Part shown: in pieces, positions 20,675 through 30,868 of the stretch
Layout of the letters: the number at the start of each line of letters is the position of its first letter
How positions within the stretch are numbered: the stretch's first letter is position 1
Assembly: GCA_963664405.1 (NCBI GenBank)
Contig: OY761158.1
Coordinates: forward strand, 2,560,001 to 2,624,000
Source of the DNA: Thermoanaerobaculia bacterium
GTDB taxonomy: Bacteria > Acidobacteriota > Thermoanaerobaculia > Multivoradales > Multivoraceae
Direction of reading: 5' to 3'
DNA: 64,000 nucleotides
Position numbers and translations under genes: made by a program
The notes under the pieces: model-generated
The model's input: the letters and a program-made list of their open reading frames with translations, nothing else
What the model was told of the DNA's origin: nothing
Database searches by the model: none

Positions 20675-21736
20675 TTGGCGTCGCTAACGATCCAGAACGT
20701 CAGCAAGAACTACGGTTCCGTGGCGGCGCTACGAGACATCTCGATCGACATCGACGATGGTGAATTCCTGGCTCTGGTCGGGCCGTCCGGCTGCGGCAAG
20801 TCGACGCTGCTGCGCATCATCGCCGGACTGGAGCCAATGACCAGCGGCGCTGTCAGCATTGGTGGCGACGTCGTCAACGACTTACCCCCGAAAGCGCGAG
20901 ATGTCGCCATGGTGTTCCAGAACTATGCGCTGTACCCGCACATGACCGTGGCCGAGAACATGGCTTTCGCGCTCAAGTTGCGCCGCCTGCCGCGCGACCA
21001 GATCGAGAAGAAGGTTCGAACGACGTCGCAGCTATTGGATCTGGATGGCATGTTGAAGCGTTATCCGGCTCAGCTATCGGGCGGAGAGCGACAGCGAGTC
21101 GCCATGGGTCGCGCTATTGTTCGCGATCCCAGTGTCTTCTTGTTCGATGAGCCGCTATCCAATCTCGATGCCAAGCTCCGGGTGCAACTACGGGCGGAGA
21201 TCAAAGAGCTTCACCAGCGCCTCCGGACCACGACCGTCTACGTCACTCACGACCAAGTCGAAGCGATGACGATGGCGGATCGTATCGTGGTCATGCGCGA
21301 CGGCAACATCGAGCAGACAGGCGCGCCCATCGACCTCTATGACGATCCGCGCAATCTCTTCGTCGCCGGATTCATCGGCAGCCCGGCGATGAATATCGTT
21401 CCTGGTGAGATCGACGACGGCACCTTTGTCGCGCGTGGAGGATTCCGGATCGCGGCCTTCAGACCGGAGACGCCACGGGATCCGGGTCAAGTGGTGTGCT
21501 GCGTTCGTCCGCACAAAGTCACCCTCGGGGAGACAGGCACGCCGGCGAGCGTGGTCGTCGTCGAGCCGCTCGGTGGAGAAACCCAGGTCATCGTACGTCT
21601 AGGAGAAACATCGGTCGTGTGCCTGCTGCGGGACAGAACCACCTTGCGGCCGGGCGACGCCGTACGTCTGATGATCGATGCCGCCGACCTTTACTTTTTC
21701 GACCGCGATTCCGGTCAGCGAATCGACTGTAATTGA
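20675..21736 (+). CDS. Sugar ABC transporter ATP-binding protein (MalK/UgpC type)
   Basis: GPSGCGKS, LSGGERQR, FLFDEPLSNLDAKLR. Confidence 0.92.
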   Translation: MASLTIQNVSKNYGSVAALRDISIDIDDGEFLALVGPSGCGKSTLLRIIAGLEPMTSGAVSIGGDVVNDLPPKARDVAMVFQNYALYPHMTVAENMAFALKLRRLPRDQIEKKVRTTSQLLDLDGMLKRYPAQLSGGERQRVAMGRAIVRDPSVFLFDEPLSNLDAKLRVQLRAEIKELHQRLRTTTVYVTHDQVEAMTMADRIVVMRDGNIEQTGAPIDLYDDPRNLFVAGFIGSPAMNIVPGEIDDGTFVARGGFRIAAFRPETPRDPGQVVCCVRPHKVTLGETGTPASVVVVEPLGGETQVIVRLGETSVVCLLRDRTTLRPGDAVRLMIDAADLYFFDRDSGQRIDCN

Positions 21737-21758
21737 CGGTTTTGGACGAGGAGTAGCA

Positions 21759-22871
21759 ATGAGTCATCCATACAACGGATTAGGGAGCAATCTCGGCAAT
21801 CTCTGGCGCTTGTCGAACGCCGAGTCGCGATCGATATCACCCGAGAATTTCACCGGTGAGAAGGGGCGCGGCGGAATGGCGACCGAGGGGACCGGCGCCG
21901 CATGCGCGCGCGATCTCGGTCAGGGGTGGAAGGTCTCCCCTTCGGTCCGCATCGGGCCCGGCGAGACCCTCGTTCTTGCCGACATCGACGGGCCCGGCTC
22001 CATTCAACAGGTGTGGATGACCACGGCGAGGCTTCGCTGGCGGGACATGATTCTCCGCATCTACTGGGACGGTCAGACCGAAGCGTCGGTCGAGAGTCCG
22101 ATCGGCGATTTCTTTTGTAGCGGCTGGAACAAGTTTGCGCAGGTTTCGTCGCTGGCTGTCTGTGTCAATCCTGGGAGAGCATTCAACTGCTATTGGGAGA
22201 TGCCCTTCCGCAAATCTGCGCGGATCGAGATCGAGAATCGCGATCCCGACAACGACGGCATCATCTACTATCAAATCAACTACACCTTGACCGAAGTACC
22301 CGACGACGCTGCCTATTTTCACGCCCAGTTTCGCCGCACCAACCCACTTCCATACAAGACGGACTACGTCATTCTCGATGGTGTAGACGGGCACGGGCAC
22401 TATGTGGGCACCTACATGGCGTGGGGTGTCAACAACGCCGGCTGGTGGGGTGAGGGCGAGATCAAATTCTTCCTCGACGGCGACGACGACTTTCCGACGA
22501 TCTGCGGCACCGGCACCGAGGATTACTTCTGCGGCGCCTACAACTTCGACCCGGGGGTGCAGGACAAAGAACAAGAACCCGGCTACCGAGAGTTCACGAC
22601 ACCGTATTCGGGTCTTCCACAGGTACTTAGGCCTGACGGGAACTACAGCTCTCAACAACGCTTCGGCATGTACCGATGGCACCTCAGCGACCCCATCCGA
22701 TTCGAGAAAGACCTGAGAGTCACCATCCAGGCGATCGGCTGGCGAAGTGATCCGCCCCGCCGCTACCTCCCGCTGCAAGACGACATCGCGTCCGTCGCCT
22801 TCTGGTACCAGACACTGCCCGCCGCCAAGTTCCCGGAGCTAGCGGACCGAGACTACCTGGAGATCATCTAG
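21759..22871 (+). CDS. GH172 (DUF2961) glycoside hydrolase
   Basis: SRSISPENFTGEKGRGG, WWGEGEIKF, CGTGTEDYF. Confidence 0.88.
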   Translation: MSHPYNGLGSNLGNLWRLSNAESRSISPENFTGEKGRGGMATEGTGAACARDLGQGWKVSPSVRIGPGETLVLADIDGPGSIQQVWMTTARLRWRDMILRIYWDGQTEASVESPIGDFFCSGWNKFAQVSSLAVCVNPGRAFNCYWEMPFRKSARIEIENRDPDNDGIIYYQINYTLTEVPDDAAYFHAQFRRTNPLPYKTDYVILDGVDGHGHYVGTYMAWGVNNAGWWGEGEIKFFLDGDDDFPTICGTGTEDYFCGAYNFDPGVQDKEQEPGYREFTTPYSGLPQVLRPDGNYSSQQRFGMYRWHLSDPIRFEKDLRVTIQAIGWRSDPPRRYLPLQDDIASVAFWYQTLPAAKFPELADRDYLEII

Positions 22872-22911
22872 ACGCTCATTGGAGCTCGTGCCCGGCGCGG
22901 CTTTCGCCGAG

Positions 22912-24666
22912 TCAGCCGGTGCCTAGAAAGTCCTCGATCGCCGACACGTAGGTTTCCATGCCTGGGTCCCTCATGAAGAGCCAGTGGTTGTCGCCCTCCA
23001 TGGGAAGGAAGCGGGAGCCCTGGATGTTCTGGGCAAGGTGTACTCCGGCGCTGAACGGTACAACCAGGTCGCCCCTACGGTGGATCACCAGGGTCGGCAC
23101 CCGAATTGGGGCCAACTGCTCGCGAACATCGAGCTCCATTACGGTCTTTTGATAGACGGCCGCCGTTTCCGGCGAGGCGGAGGCACGCTGCATCTCTTCG
23201 AAGTACCGGATCTGATCGTCGTCGGCGTTGGCGCCAAGGAACATTTGGGTGAAGAGCCGACGGTAGATCGGAGTATCTGCGCCCCAGCCAGTGCGCATGA
23301 GCTCGATCAGACTGTCCCACCGGTCACGGTCTGCCTTCCTCGACGACCGACCCGCGGCGAAGGTGCCGTACAGAATGAGATGACTGACACGATCGGGGTG
23401 TCGATTGGCGAAAGCGATCGCGGTGACGCCACCCTCCGACATGCCCATCAGCGCCACGCGCTCGAGCCCGGCGGCGTCGATCACCGCCTCGAGGTCGAGG
23501 AGTCGCGTCTCGAGGTCGAATTCATCGATACCACGCTGAGAGAGTCCGATGCCGCGTCCGTCGTAGCGGACTAAGAGATGATTGCGTGCGAGTCGCTGCT
23601 GGAAGTGGCGCCCGGCCTCCCACTGCCACTCCATCTCGAGGTGGGTGAACCAGCCGAGGCAGCGAACCAGTGGCGGGCCTTGGCCCAACGTGGCGTAGGC
23701 GATGCTGACGCCATCTGAAGTTTTGCAGTAGCGCAGCTCAGGTACCGCGGTCACCTCGTCCCTTTCGGCCGCCACGGTGGAGAGCGCCGGCGCGTGCGCG
23801 GAAACAGCCCGAAGCTCATCGCGCAGCCCCTCGAGGTCGCAGAGGAGGTCGACCGCAGACTGATAACGCCGACTGAGCTCCTTTTCGAGACAGCGCTGGA
23901 CGATGCGGCTCAGCTGGTGCGGTAGATCGGGGCGCCCGGCGATGAGGGACGGCGCCTCATCGCGCAGGATCGCTGCCACTTGGTCAGCCGACGAAGCACC
24001 AGCGAAGGGCAGCTTGCCGGTGGCCATCTCGTAGATGACGACTCCGAGTGAGAAGAGGTCGGAGCGATGGTCCACCTCGCGGCCCTGGACCTGCTCCGGA
24101 GACATGTAGGGGATGGTTCCGAGCACGACGCCGGCCCGTGTCAGCGCCTGGGTCGCATCCTCGTCGCCGATCGCGGGAGAGTCATCGCGCCGCCGCAGCT
24201 TGGCCAGCCCGAAGTCGAGGATCTTTCCTCGGCCGTCTTCGTTGACCATGATGTTCGCGGGCTTCAGGTCACGGTGGATGACGCCTCTGCGGTGGGCCGC
24301 GACGAGCGCGTCGGCTAACGACGTGGCAAGCCCGAGAAGCTCTTCCACGGCCATCCCACTATCCGGAATCACCTCGGCGAGGGTTTGTCCCTCGACGAGC
24401 TCCATGACGAGGAAGCGCTGCAGGCCGAAGTCTTCGATCGCGTAGATGGTGACGATGTGGGGGTGGTTGAGCGCCGCAACCGCCTTCGCCTCGCGCTCAA
24501 AGCGCTCCAAAATGTCAGGCGTGGTATCGAATTCTGGCAGGATCTTGATCGCAACGTCGCGGCCCAGCTGTGAATCGCGAGCCCGATAGACCTCGCCCAT
24601 GCCTCCCGCACCTATCTGCGAAAGGATCTCATAGCCACCCAAGACTGTGCCGGGCTTCAAAGTCAT
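22912..24666 (-). CDS. Hanks Ser/Thr kinase fused to alpha/beta hydrolase domain
   Basis: IGAGGMGEVY, HRDLKPAN, DFG, YMSPEQ; C-terminal YDGRGIGLS, GMSEGG. Confidence 0.9.
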   Translation of the reverse strand: MTLKPGTVLGGYEILSQIGAGGMGEVYRARDSQLGRDVAIKILPEFDTTPDILERFEREAKAVAALNHPHIVTIYAIEDFGLQRFLVMELVEGQTLAEVIPDSGMAVEELLGLATSLADALVAAHRRGVIHRDLKPANIMVNEDGRGKILDFGLAKLRRRDDSPAIGDEDATQALTRAGVVLGTIPYMSPEQVQGREVDHRSDLFSLGVVIYEMATGKLPFAGASSADQVAAILRDEAPSLIAGRPDLPHQLSRIVQRCLEKELSRRYQSAVDLLCDLEGLRDELRAVSAHAPALSTVAAERDEVTAVPELRYCKTSDGVSIAYATLGQGPPLVRCLGWFTHLEMEWQWEAGRHFQQRLARNHLLVRYDGRGIGLSQRGIDEFDLETRLLDLEAVIDAAGLERVALMGMSEGGVTAIAFANRHPDRVSHLILYGTFAAGRSSRKADRDRWDSLIELMRTGWGADTPIYRRLFTQMFLGANADDDQIRYFEEMQRASASPETAAVYQKTVMELDVREQLAPIRVPTLVIHRRGDLVVPFSAGVHLAQNIQGSRFLPMEGDNHWLFMRDPGMETYVSAIEDFLGTG

Positions 24667-24762
24667 AGTTGGGACGACGATCCTACCTGTTTAGTCCACG
24701 CTGACCAGGCGGGCCCCCATCGACGCCGGGACGCCAGGAAGTGACACCCATAACTCGCTCTA

Positions 24763-24862
24763 TGGACCTGCCCGGGTCTGATGGACACCTGGTTTAGCCA
24801 CCCATGGTGGCAGAAAAGTAGAGGAGGGACCAGCGTAGTGAGCCGGCGATAGCCGGCGAGGG
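24763..24862 (+). mobile_element. IS3-family left-end remnant truncated by IS6
   Basis: TGGACCTGCCC...TGGACACC terminus, RBS and degenerate orfA start. Confidence 0.45.
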
Positions 24863-25668
24863 GGCATTGTCAAGTTGAGGCGGTCGCAGTCAGACTGGAC
24901 CGATGAAGAGCGACAAACCCAGCTACTGCGGATACCGGTTCCCGCCCGAGATCATCAGCCATGCCGTCTGGCTATACCACAGGTTTTGCCTAAGCTTTCG
25001 CGACGTCGAGGATCTCCTGGCAGAGCGCGGGGTGACCGTCTCCTACGAGAAGATCCGCCAGTGGTGCCGGAAGTTCGGCTCCGAGTACGCCCGAAAGCTG
25101 AAGCGGCGAGAAGGGCGACTGGGTGACACTCGGTTCCTGGACGAGCTCTTCATCACGATCCAGGGCAAGAGGCATTATCTCTGGCGTGCCGTGGACCAGG
25201 ACGGAGACGTGATTGACATCCTCGTTCAGCCGCGCCGCGATCGTCGTGCAGCAGAACGCTTCTTCCGGAAGCTATTGAAGGGTCAAGGAACCGAGCCACT
25301 GCGGCTAGTGACCGACAAGCTGAGGGAGCTATGGTTCAGCGCACCGGGCCATCATGCCCTCGGTCAGGCACGACACGAAGCGATACGCGAACAATCGAGC
25401 GGAGGTCTCCCACCAGCCGACTCGGCAGCGGGAGCGTCAGATGCGAAGGTACAAATCGCCAGGCCAGGCCCAGCGCTTCCTGTCCGTTCACGGAGTCATC
25501 CAGAACCTGTTCCGGGTTGGGCGGCACTTCGTCAGCTCAGCCAACCACCGGACGCTGCGAGATCGTTCCTTCGGCGTCTGGCGTCGGGTGACGTGTGCCT
25601 GCTGAATCCGAGCTGGCACCTTCGACAGCGCCACATCTCACTTCGAACGAAGACAACTTGACAGTACC
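24863..25668 (+). mobile_element. IS6 family element copy 1 (transposase 24903-25605, frameshift ~25330)
   Basis: IRs ggcattgtcaagtt / aacttgacagtacc; YRFPPEII, YLWRAVDQDG, NNRAEVSHQ. Confidence 0.92.
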
Positions 25669-25800
25669 GACACGCGGGTTACGAACAAACCTCGGCACGG
25701 TAACCAGCAAACTGTCGGTCGGCCAGATGGCTATGCCCGATGGGTACTACCATCGGTATGTCACATTACAGGCCGGGGAACGCCAGGAGGGATTACGGTG

Positions 25801-27577
25801 ATGAGTGGCGGCGCGGGTACGCCTTCGGGGGCGAGGACCGAGGACGAGGTGTTGGCGGCTTTGCAGGCCTACGACAGGGCTTCGAAGGCCGGGGATGTGG
25901 ACGGGCTGGTGGCCTTCTTTTCGGAAGAGTGGCAGAGCAGTTCCGGCACGACCAAGGCCGACTTGAGGGAGCACTATCAGGATCAGATCGACGGAGGCGG
26001 CTATGAGGCCAAGGGCTTTGCTCTCGATGCTGCCGAGGTGCTTGTCGACGGAGAGAGGGCCACGGTCGACCCCGTGGCGCTTCGTTCGTCGACCGGGGGC
26101 GGCTTCTTCGAGCTCATGATGAAGAGGGAGCCGGATGGCGTCTGGCGATGTGTATCCATCAGCGGATCAAAACGGAGCGATGTGCCCGCGGAGAACGCCC
26201 GCAGCCTCAGGGAGCGCATTCTGAGTGACCCGGCGCGGCCGGGCTACCACTTCGTGATCCCTGAAGGCGTCGCGATGCCTTTCGATCCGAATGGCGCCAT
26301 TTACTGGAAAGGCCGGTATCACCTGTTCTACATCTTCCAGGACACCCGGTTGGACAAGAGGTCCGACCACTGGGGCCACATGTCGAGCACCGATTTGTTT
26401 CATTGGCACCAACATCCCACCGGCCTTCTCGAGGGCATGTATAGCGGAAACTGCTTCATCAACAAGGACGGTGCTCCGACGATCTGCTACCACCAGTTCG
26501 GCCAGGGAAACGCCATGGCTGTGGCCCTCGACGATGACTTGAACGAGTGGAAGAAGCTCGACTCGAACCCGATCACGCCCAAGACCGGGAGGGGCGACGA
26601 GCACCACGGAAAGTACCGTTCATGGGATCCATTCGGGTGGCTGGAAGGCGATACCTACTACGCCATCTTCGGCGGCCAGCGTCCGGGCGTGGCCAAGTCC
26701 CCAACCCTCGGCGGCGAATGGAAGTATGTGGGAGACCTGTTTGCCCACGGTGTCGAGGGCGTATCGCTCGACGAGGACGTATCTTGCGCCGACCTCTTCA
26801 AGCTGGGCGACAAGGATGTGCTGCTGTGCATCAGCCACCGTCTTGGCTGCCGCTACTACGTGGGTGAATGGAGAGATGAGCACTTCTATCCCGAGTCTCA
26901 TGCCCAGATGAGCTGGGTCGACAACTCGTTCTTTGCGCCGGAGAGCCTGGTGGACGACAAGGGCCGCCGAATCATGTGGGCCTGGATACTCGACGAGCCT
27001 CAGTTCGGCGCGCGTTGGGAGTACGGCTGGTCAGGCACCCTGAGTCTGCCACGGGTGTTGTCGCTCGGAGACGACGGGCGCCTCCGCATCGACGTGCCCG
27101 AGGAAATCGAAACGCTACGCTATGGCGCTGTTCGGAAGGAGCCGTTCACGACTCCATCCGACACCGACCTGGCCGTCGATGGCGTCGCCGGCAACAGCCT
27201 CGAGCTGCTCGTCGAAATGGAGAGCGCCGGGGCCTCACAGTATGGGGTCAAAGTGTGCGCGTCGCCGGACGGAGAGGAGGAGACGTCGATCTTCTATAAC
27301 GCCGAAGAGAAGCTGCTGAAAGTCGATACGCGCAGCTCGGGCCCCGAAGACACGCCCAAGTCCGTCGAGGCGGCTCCCTTCGAGCTGCAAGACGGCGAGC
27401 GGTTGAAGTTGAGGGTGTTCGTCGACAAATCCGTGGTCGAAGTCTTCGCCAATGGCCGCCAGGCCATCGCCCGGCGTATCTATCCTTCGCGACCCGAGAG
27501 CGTCTTCTCAACCGTACGGCGACACCAGAGTGCAAGTCCTCGATGCCTGGACGATCGGCGCCTCGAACCCCTACTGA
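25801..27577 (+). CDS. GH32 glycoside hydrolase with N-terminal NTF2/SnoaL-like domain (frameshift near 27500)
   Basis: FDPNG, WGH, SWDP, SCADLF, VFVDKSVVEVFANG; true C-terminus ...ASNPY* in shifted frame. Confidence 0.85.
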
Positions 27578-27620
27578 CAACCAAAGTCATCTTTAGATCG
27601 ATTGAGCTTGCCGGACGTGG

Positions 27621-27926
27621 TCATGGTGTGGTTGTGAGCACCTCGACCTGCTGCTCGAAATCTGGTCCGAGACGATCGCGCTCGACCTCGAGGTCGTATC
27701 GCGACTGCAGGTTGAGCCAGAGGCTCTCGGAGGTCCCGAAGAACCGGGCCAGTCGCAGCGCTGTGTCCGCCGTGATCCGACGTTTGCCGTGTACGATCTC
27801 GTTGATGCGGCGCGGCGGCACGCTCAGGCCCTTGGCGAGCCGATACTGGCTCAGCCCCAGCGGCTCGAGGAACTCCTCGAGGAGGATCTCACCGGGATGT
27901 ATGGGCTCCAGGATCTTCTTGGTCAT
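27621..27926 (-). CDS. higA: HigA antitoxin
   Basis: IHPGEILLEEFL, RRINEIVHGKRRITADTALRL, WLNLQ. Confidence 0.92.
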   Translation of the reverse strand: MTKKILEPIHPGEILLEEFLEPLGLSQYRLAKGLSVPPRRINEIVHGKRRITADTALRLARFFGTSESLWLNLQSRYDLEVERDRLGPDFEQQVEVLTTTP

Positions 27927-27935
27927 GTCGGGCTC

Positions 27936-28217
27936 TCAGTGGTAGTCGACGATTTCGACATCGCTCGCACCTCCGTCGAGCCAAGTGAAACAGATTCGAT
28001 ACTGCTGATTGATGCGAATGCTGTGTTGGCCCTGTCGGTCACCTTTGAGCTTCTCGAGTCGGTTCCCAGGCGGCACTCGTAGGTCGTCAAGCGAGCTCGC
28101 CGCATCGAGTAAAAGCAGCTTGCGGAGCGAGGCCTTCCGGAGGTTGGCTGGTACCGCGCGGTTCCGCTCCCGTTTGAAGAGCTTCTCCGTCTCGCGATCC
28201 CGGAAGCTCCGTATCAC
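27936..28217 (-). CDS. higB: HigB (RelE-family) toxin
   Basis: MIRSFRD, PPGNRLEKLKGDR, SIRINQQYRICF, EIVDYH. Confidence 0.92.
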   Translation of the reverse strand: MIRSFRDRETEKLFKRERNRAVPANLRKASLRKLLLLDAASSLDDLRVPPGNRLEKLKGDRQGQHSIRINQQYRICFTWLDGGASDVEIVDYH

Positions 28218-28227
28218 CGCGGAATGA

Positions 28228-28258
28228 TAACGCGAGACGTTATTAACGTCAAACGTTA
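28228..28258. promoter_or_regulatory. Tandem palindromic operators upstream of higBA
   Basis: TAACG-N5-CGTTA twice (28228-28242, 28244-28258). Confidence 0.65.
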
Positions 28259-28475
28259 GCGATCTCGCATGGAACCACTCGTGTTCAATGAGCCGCCGTG
28301 GGCGTACTGGGAGTCTCGGGCAGTGCGAACGCCAATAGCTCCGCCTTCTCCGAACTCTGCCTTCCCTTCGCGTCGCCGCCCGCGATCACGATGTACTGGC
28401 GACCCTAGTGGTCCGGTTTCCTATGCATTCGCGCTACGATGGCGCCCCTTCAATTCATCTCCCAAGGACCAGACC

Positions 28476-29894
28476 ATGACAGACAATCCACTCGCTGACC
28501 TCGAGCTGAGCCTCCGCGGAGAGTTGATCACCCGCGACGACCAAGAAGCGTTCACCGCCGCGCGCTTCCGCGGATGGAACCGCGACCTAAACACGCGCTC
28601 GAATCCGCTGGGCTTCGTCATCGCTTCGGGTGTGCGGGACATCGCGACGACGGTGACCTACTGTCGGTCGAACAACATTCCGATCACCGTGCGAGGAAAG
28701 GGCTCCCATTCGCCGTACGGAATGGCGAACGACGCCGTCGTGATCGACCTCTCCAAGATGACCGCGGTCCGGGTCGACCGTGAGAGGAAGCTGGTTGCTA
28801 TCCAAGCGGGTGCCGATGGAGGCGACGTCGATCACGAGACGGCCCTCCACAACCTCATTTGCCTCACCGGCACGGTCTCGCACACCGGATTTGCAGGTGT
28901 CGCACTTGGAGGTGGCATCGGCCATCTGAGCCGTTGGCTGGGTGCCGTCGTCGACAGCATCGTCAGCTACGAGATGGTCACGGCAACCGGAGACGTCGTT
29001 CGCGTGGACGAAGCCAAGGACCCGGAGCTCTTCTGGGGCATGCGCGGGAACGGGGCCAGCTTTGGAATCGTCACCGAGTTCGTCCTCGAGCTCCGAGACA
29101 TGCCCAACAACGGGATTATCCGAAGCGCCCCGATCCTGTGGGGCGCGGACAAGGCAAAGGAAGTGATGACGTCCTGGATAGGTCGCGTCACCCGTCCCGA
29201 GCGCAAGGAGACCGAAACCCTTCAGTTTGCGTTCATGCACTCGCCGGATGGTCACCCAGTCTGCGGTGTGATCCCCCTGATCGTCGGTGAAACGGAGCCC
29301 GCGGCCACGGCCACATGTGACGAGCTGGCGGCGTACGCGGGCGGGGCATTGGTCCGGCAGGACACCCAGCTGCCGTACACGGCCCTCCAGGCGGCTCTGG
29401 ACGACAACTTCCCTTACAACACGAACAACTGGGACAAGGGAGTGTTCATCAACTGGGACCCCAGCGACACGAACGCGGCGAACAGCATCGTCGACATCGC
29501 CGTGAAGCATTGGAGCGAGAAGCCGGACTTCGCCTCGAAGCTATCCACGTTCATGCTCTTCTTGGAGGTCAACGGAGCGGTGGGTAGGGCAGATCCCGCT
29601 TCCACCTCGTTCGCCGCTCGTACCGGACGCCTCTGGTGCTCGGCCCTCATCGGTTGGCCGAACGAAGACGACTCACAACGCGCGGCTAGCAAGAAGTGGT
29701 GCGGCGATTTCGTCGAGAAACTGCGCCCATTTCATGTGACCACGTATCTGAACAACGCCATGCCCGAGAGCGATTCGGAAATGCTCGGCGTGTTCCCCCA
29801 GGACACCATGAAGCGCCTGCGGGCTCTCAAGGAAAAGCACGACCCCGGCACCCTGTTCAAGATGGGCGCCTGGCAGTATCAGGCCAACATGTAG
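28476..29894 (+). CDS. FAD-binding oxidoreductase (BBE/6-HDNO-like)
   Basis: VRGKGSH, GVALGGGIG, LFWGMRGNGASFGIVT, YLN...LKEKHDP. Confidence 0.88.
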   Translation: MTDNPLADLELSLRGELITRDDQEAFTAARFRGWNRDLNTRSNPLGFVIASGVRDIATTVTYCRSNNIPITVRGKGSHSPYGMANDAVVIDLSKMTAVRVDRERKLVAIQAGADGGDVDHETALHNLICLTGTVSHTGFAGVALGGGIGHLSRWLGAVVDSIVSYEMVTATGDVVRVDEAKDPELFWGMRGNGASFGIVTEFVLELRDMPNNGIIRSAPILWGADKAKEVMTSWIGRVTRPERKETETLQFAFMHSPDGHPVCGVIPLIVGETEPAATATCDELAAYAGGALVRQDTQLPYTALQAALDDNFPYNTNNWDKGVFINWDPSDTNAANSIVDIAVKHWSEKPDFASKLSTFMLFLEVNGAVGRADPASTSFAARTGRLWCSALIGWPNEDDSQRAASKKWCGDFVEKLRPFHVTTYLNNAMPESDSEMLGVFPQDTMKRLRALKEKHDPGTLFKMGAWQYQANM

Positions 29895-29984
29895 CTGGCA
29901 CTCGAGGCCGTCGGGCTCACGAGGTGGGATTCTGCTCGGTCGCCGGGCGGTCCGCGAGCGATGAAGCGTCGCTCCCCCCCCCGC

Positions 29985-30085
29985 CTTCGGCTGGCGAGGG
30001 TGCCAGCCCCCAGGCGGCAAAAATACTCGGCTGGCACCTCCGGCCGGCAGCACCTCCGGCAGCTGAAGGCTGCCTGGGCACCCGG
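29985..30085 (-). repeat. REP-like repeat, copy B with inverted core pair
   Basis: ggtgccagcc (29999-30008)/ggctggcacc (30029-30038) inverted pair; ggcagctgaaggctgcc hairpin variant. Confidence 0.65.
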
Positions 30086-30105
30086 CCCGTCAAAGTAAGA
30101 TCTAG

Positions 30106-30119
30106 AGTATGATCATACT
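30106..30119. promoter_or_regulatory. Palindromic operator abutting antitoxin start
   Basis: agtatgatcatact perfect palindrome immediately before ATG 30120. Confidence 0.6.
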
Positions 30120-30419
30120 ATGACGACGGCTCGCATCACTGTGACGCTTCCCCCGGAAGTCGTCGACGAGATCGATCGACGGGAAGGCAACCGCAGTCGC
30201 TTCGTGCTCCACGCCGTTGAAGCGGAGTTGGAGCGTCGGAAACGAGAAGAGCTCATGCTCTCCCTTGCCAACCCCCATCCCGAGGCGGAGGAGATCGCGG
30301 AGGAGGGCTTTGACGACTGGGGTGCGGGCCTTCCTTCGGAGGATCATGACGGGCTCGTCGACCCCAGTGGCGGATCGCCGGTCAGCTGGCAACCCGGTCG
30401 TGGCTGGCGGGAGGAGTGA
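30120..30419 (+). CDS. Ribbon-helix-helix antitoxin
   Basis: RITVTLPPEVVDEID...NRSRFV; upstream of MazF-like toxin. Confidence 0.8.
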   Translation: MTTARITVTLPPEVVDEIDRREGNRSRFVLHAVEAELERRKREELMLSLANPHPEAEEIAEEGFDDWGAGLPSEDHDGLVDPSGGSPVSWQPGRGWREE

Positions 30420-30800
30420 GTGCCTGCTGTTCTCGACCGCGGCACCGTGGTTCTCGTCGCCCTGGGCGCAGGCGCGGGCCACGAGCAGCGCGGGACACGC
30501 CCATGCATCGTCGTCAGCGATCCGGAGGTCACCCATGATCAGCGTTTTCCCATGGTCTGCGTCATCCCGCTGACCGCGACTCCTGGTGAGGGGGCCCTCT
30601 ACCCGCAATTCAGCCCCGGAGAGAGCGGACTCCGGAAGCGATCCTACGGGCTCATCGACCAGATTCGGTCGATCGACAAGCGGCGCGTGATTCGGGCCTA
30701 CGGAGCTCTGCCCACGTCCGAGCTCCAGGCTCTCGACGAAGGCCTGCGTCTCTTTCTGGGGATGGCCCTCGGTCACACTTCTTATCCCACGCGACAATAG
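30420..30800 (+). CDS. mazF: PemK/MazF family toxin
   Basis: GHEQRGTRPCIVVS, IPLT, DQIRSIDKRR. Confidence 0.9.
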   Translation: MPAVLDRGTVVLVALGAGAGHEQRGTRPCIVVSDPEVTHDQRFPMVCVIPLTATPGEGALYPQFSPGESGLRKRSYGLIDQIRSIDKRRVIRAYGALPTSELQALDEGLRLFLGMALGHTSYPTRQ

Positions 30801-30868
30801 CTAGACTAGGACAGGTCTGATATGACCAAAAAGATCCTGGGCCGGCGCAAACACCAAAAGTGCTAGTT

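Noticed and set aside
25612-25622. gctggcacctt match to the REP-like core
   Set aside because: Lies within the IS6 right end and lacks the other repeat parts; probably chance
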